Of a DNA stretch of 64,000 bases, positions 62,506 to 64,000 are shown in pieces. The DNA comes from Octopus sinensis. Its lineage: Eukaryota. The stretch is from positions 1,178,001-1,242,000 of the forward strand of contig NC_043009.1 of assembly GCF_006345805.1 (NCBI RefSeq). The letters are read 5' to 3'. A program made the translations under genes and the position numbers. Under the pieces are notes generated by a model that searched no databases, was not told the DNA's origin, and saw only the letters and a list, made by a program, of their open reading frames with translations. Position 1 is the stretch's first letter, and every line of letters begins with the position of its first letter.

Positions 62506-62571
62506 CTTTACCCATATCTGGTTTTTTAGTAAAAAACCCAAAATCCAGAAAATCCAGCCCTAAACTATTTT
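62506..62571 (-). CDS. Candidate 66-nt phase-1 cassette exon xNSLGLDFLDFGFFTKKPDMGK, upstream of the 76-nt FERM exon
   Basis: TTTTATTTTTCAG acceptor, AAG|GTAAAA donor; open only in phase 1, the phase the next FERM exon needs. Confidence 0.55.
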
Positions 62572-63494
62572 CTGAAAAATAAAAATTTCAAGTTAAAACA
62601 AATAATTAATAACAAAAATGTAAGAAAGAAAAAAAATCTATAGAAAAATAGCTTAAAAGAAAAGGGAAGAAAAGAAACATTAAAGAAATGGGGAAAAGAA
62701 GAGAGTGCAAATTCAAATCTTAAAAGCAATCAAGCACACACACACAGAATCAAACCCATTCAATTAATGTGAGTCATGATGGGCCTCTTAACATACCGAC
62801 CCATTAATCACATCTCCTTCACATTCAGATACTAGTTATACTCCTGCTACTGTTCTTATCAATCCCACTCAAATAACGATCAGAATAACTCATTCCTCGC
62901 CCACTCCAAGTCTTCAAGATCCTTTAGAAGTAACAAATAAGAGCAAAGAAAAAAAAAGAAAAAGAAAGAAGCTTTCGGCTATCTCGCTCGGGTCAGGTAA
63001 CCAAGCAAGTTTATCAAAAACCTTTTGTGTCTATACCTGACATGGAGAATGTGCAGAATGTAAGCCAGGCACTAACAATAATTCACATTTCTAGGCTGGA
63101 TTTATTCTTCTATATTTCTCTGCTTTTACAGGTGTGAGTCACTGGACTTTGGCCATGCTGGGGCACTGCTTTCAAAGGTTCTAAGTCAAACCATATGAAA
63201 GCCAGTACTTATTTAATTGTTAAACCTCTAAGTTACATGACGAAAAAGACAACAAAATCCAAAACACTGGTTTTTAGACCTGTGTAAACAAACAAAGACA
63301 TGGATGTGTGTATCCTTTTCTTAATGGCATGTCAACTTTGGAGGATTCTTGATTCTTAAGATTATCTCCCCTCCTCAAATGGAGCCGGTTTTAATAATCA
63401 TCTGGTAATAATGACACATCCTCCAGAGGCGGAGATAATTTTAATAAATCAAGAATTCATGTTGTATAGTTGCTTGAGAAGGCCTGTCAAGCCA

Positions 63495-64000
63495 AGCATA
63501 ATTGTAGTCATGGCAATACCAGTGTCATGTAAAAAGCACCTTTCATGCATTGGGCCTCACGGGGGCAATGTGACTGATGCTAGTGTTGTGTAATTAGCAA
63601 ATAAAAAGCACCTTCTGTGTGTTGGGCCTCATGGAAGCAATGTGGCTGATACTGGGATCGTGTGACTAGCACGAAAAAAAGCACCTTCCATGCTTTGGGC
63701 GTCACGGAGGTAATGTAGCCAATGCAGGTGTTTCATAACTAGCACCCATGCTGGTGGCACATAAAAAGCCTCTTTTGCATGTTGGGTCTCATGGAGGTAA
63801 TTTGGCCAATGCTGGTGTCATGTAACTGGCACCTGTGCTGGTGGCTCATAAAAAGCACCTTTCGAATGCTGGGCCCCACGGAGGCAAGGACAAATGACTG
63901 AGAACCTTGGCATTATGCTGTGCCTCAGTAGAAGACCCATCAAGCCAAGTGGAATCATAGTTGTGGCAGACACTGGTGTCACACAATTGGCACCTGTGCC
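63495..64000. repeat. Degenerate 70-90 bp minisatellite (about 5 units), probably inside a retro-element
   Basis: Recurring aaaaagcacctt...ttgggcctcatggaggcaatgtggc...tgctggtgtc. Confidence 0.75.

Noticed and set aside
62797-62922. Segment with an AG acceptor and a GTATGT donor
   Set aside because: Stops in the needed frame and not FERM-like; might be non-coding but cannot be supported

Overview
AT-rich, SINE- and microsatellite-dense eukaryotic DNA; the repeat families suggest an octopus (coleoid cephalopod), which is an inference. The window lies inside one large minus-strand gene for a protein 4.1 (EPB41/coracle) family member. Seven FERM and FERM-adjacent exons (53749 to 42375) splice together in frame and read as unmistakable band-4.1 sequence. 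The start of the FERM domain and the 4.1 C-terminal domain were not found and probably lie outside the window. After the FERM-adjacent region comes an unusual variable region built of phase-0 symmetric exons. It includes an E/K/R-rich helix exon, four tandemly duplicated 63-nt Glu/Val/Lys exons (24.5-27.2 kb), a candidate 3-nt microexon, a Ser/acidic exon and one 2919-nt exon of xYGPDGx heptad repeats in three 264-265 aa super-repeats. Introns carry tRNA-derived SINE families (often chained or nested), TTAA piggyBac-type MITEs, fold-back elements, and CR1 and RTE LINE fragments. All splice calls were made by eye and need RNA-seq confirmation.
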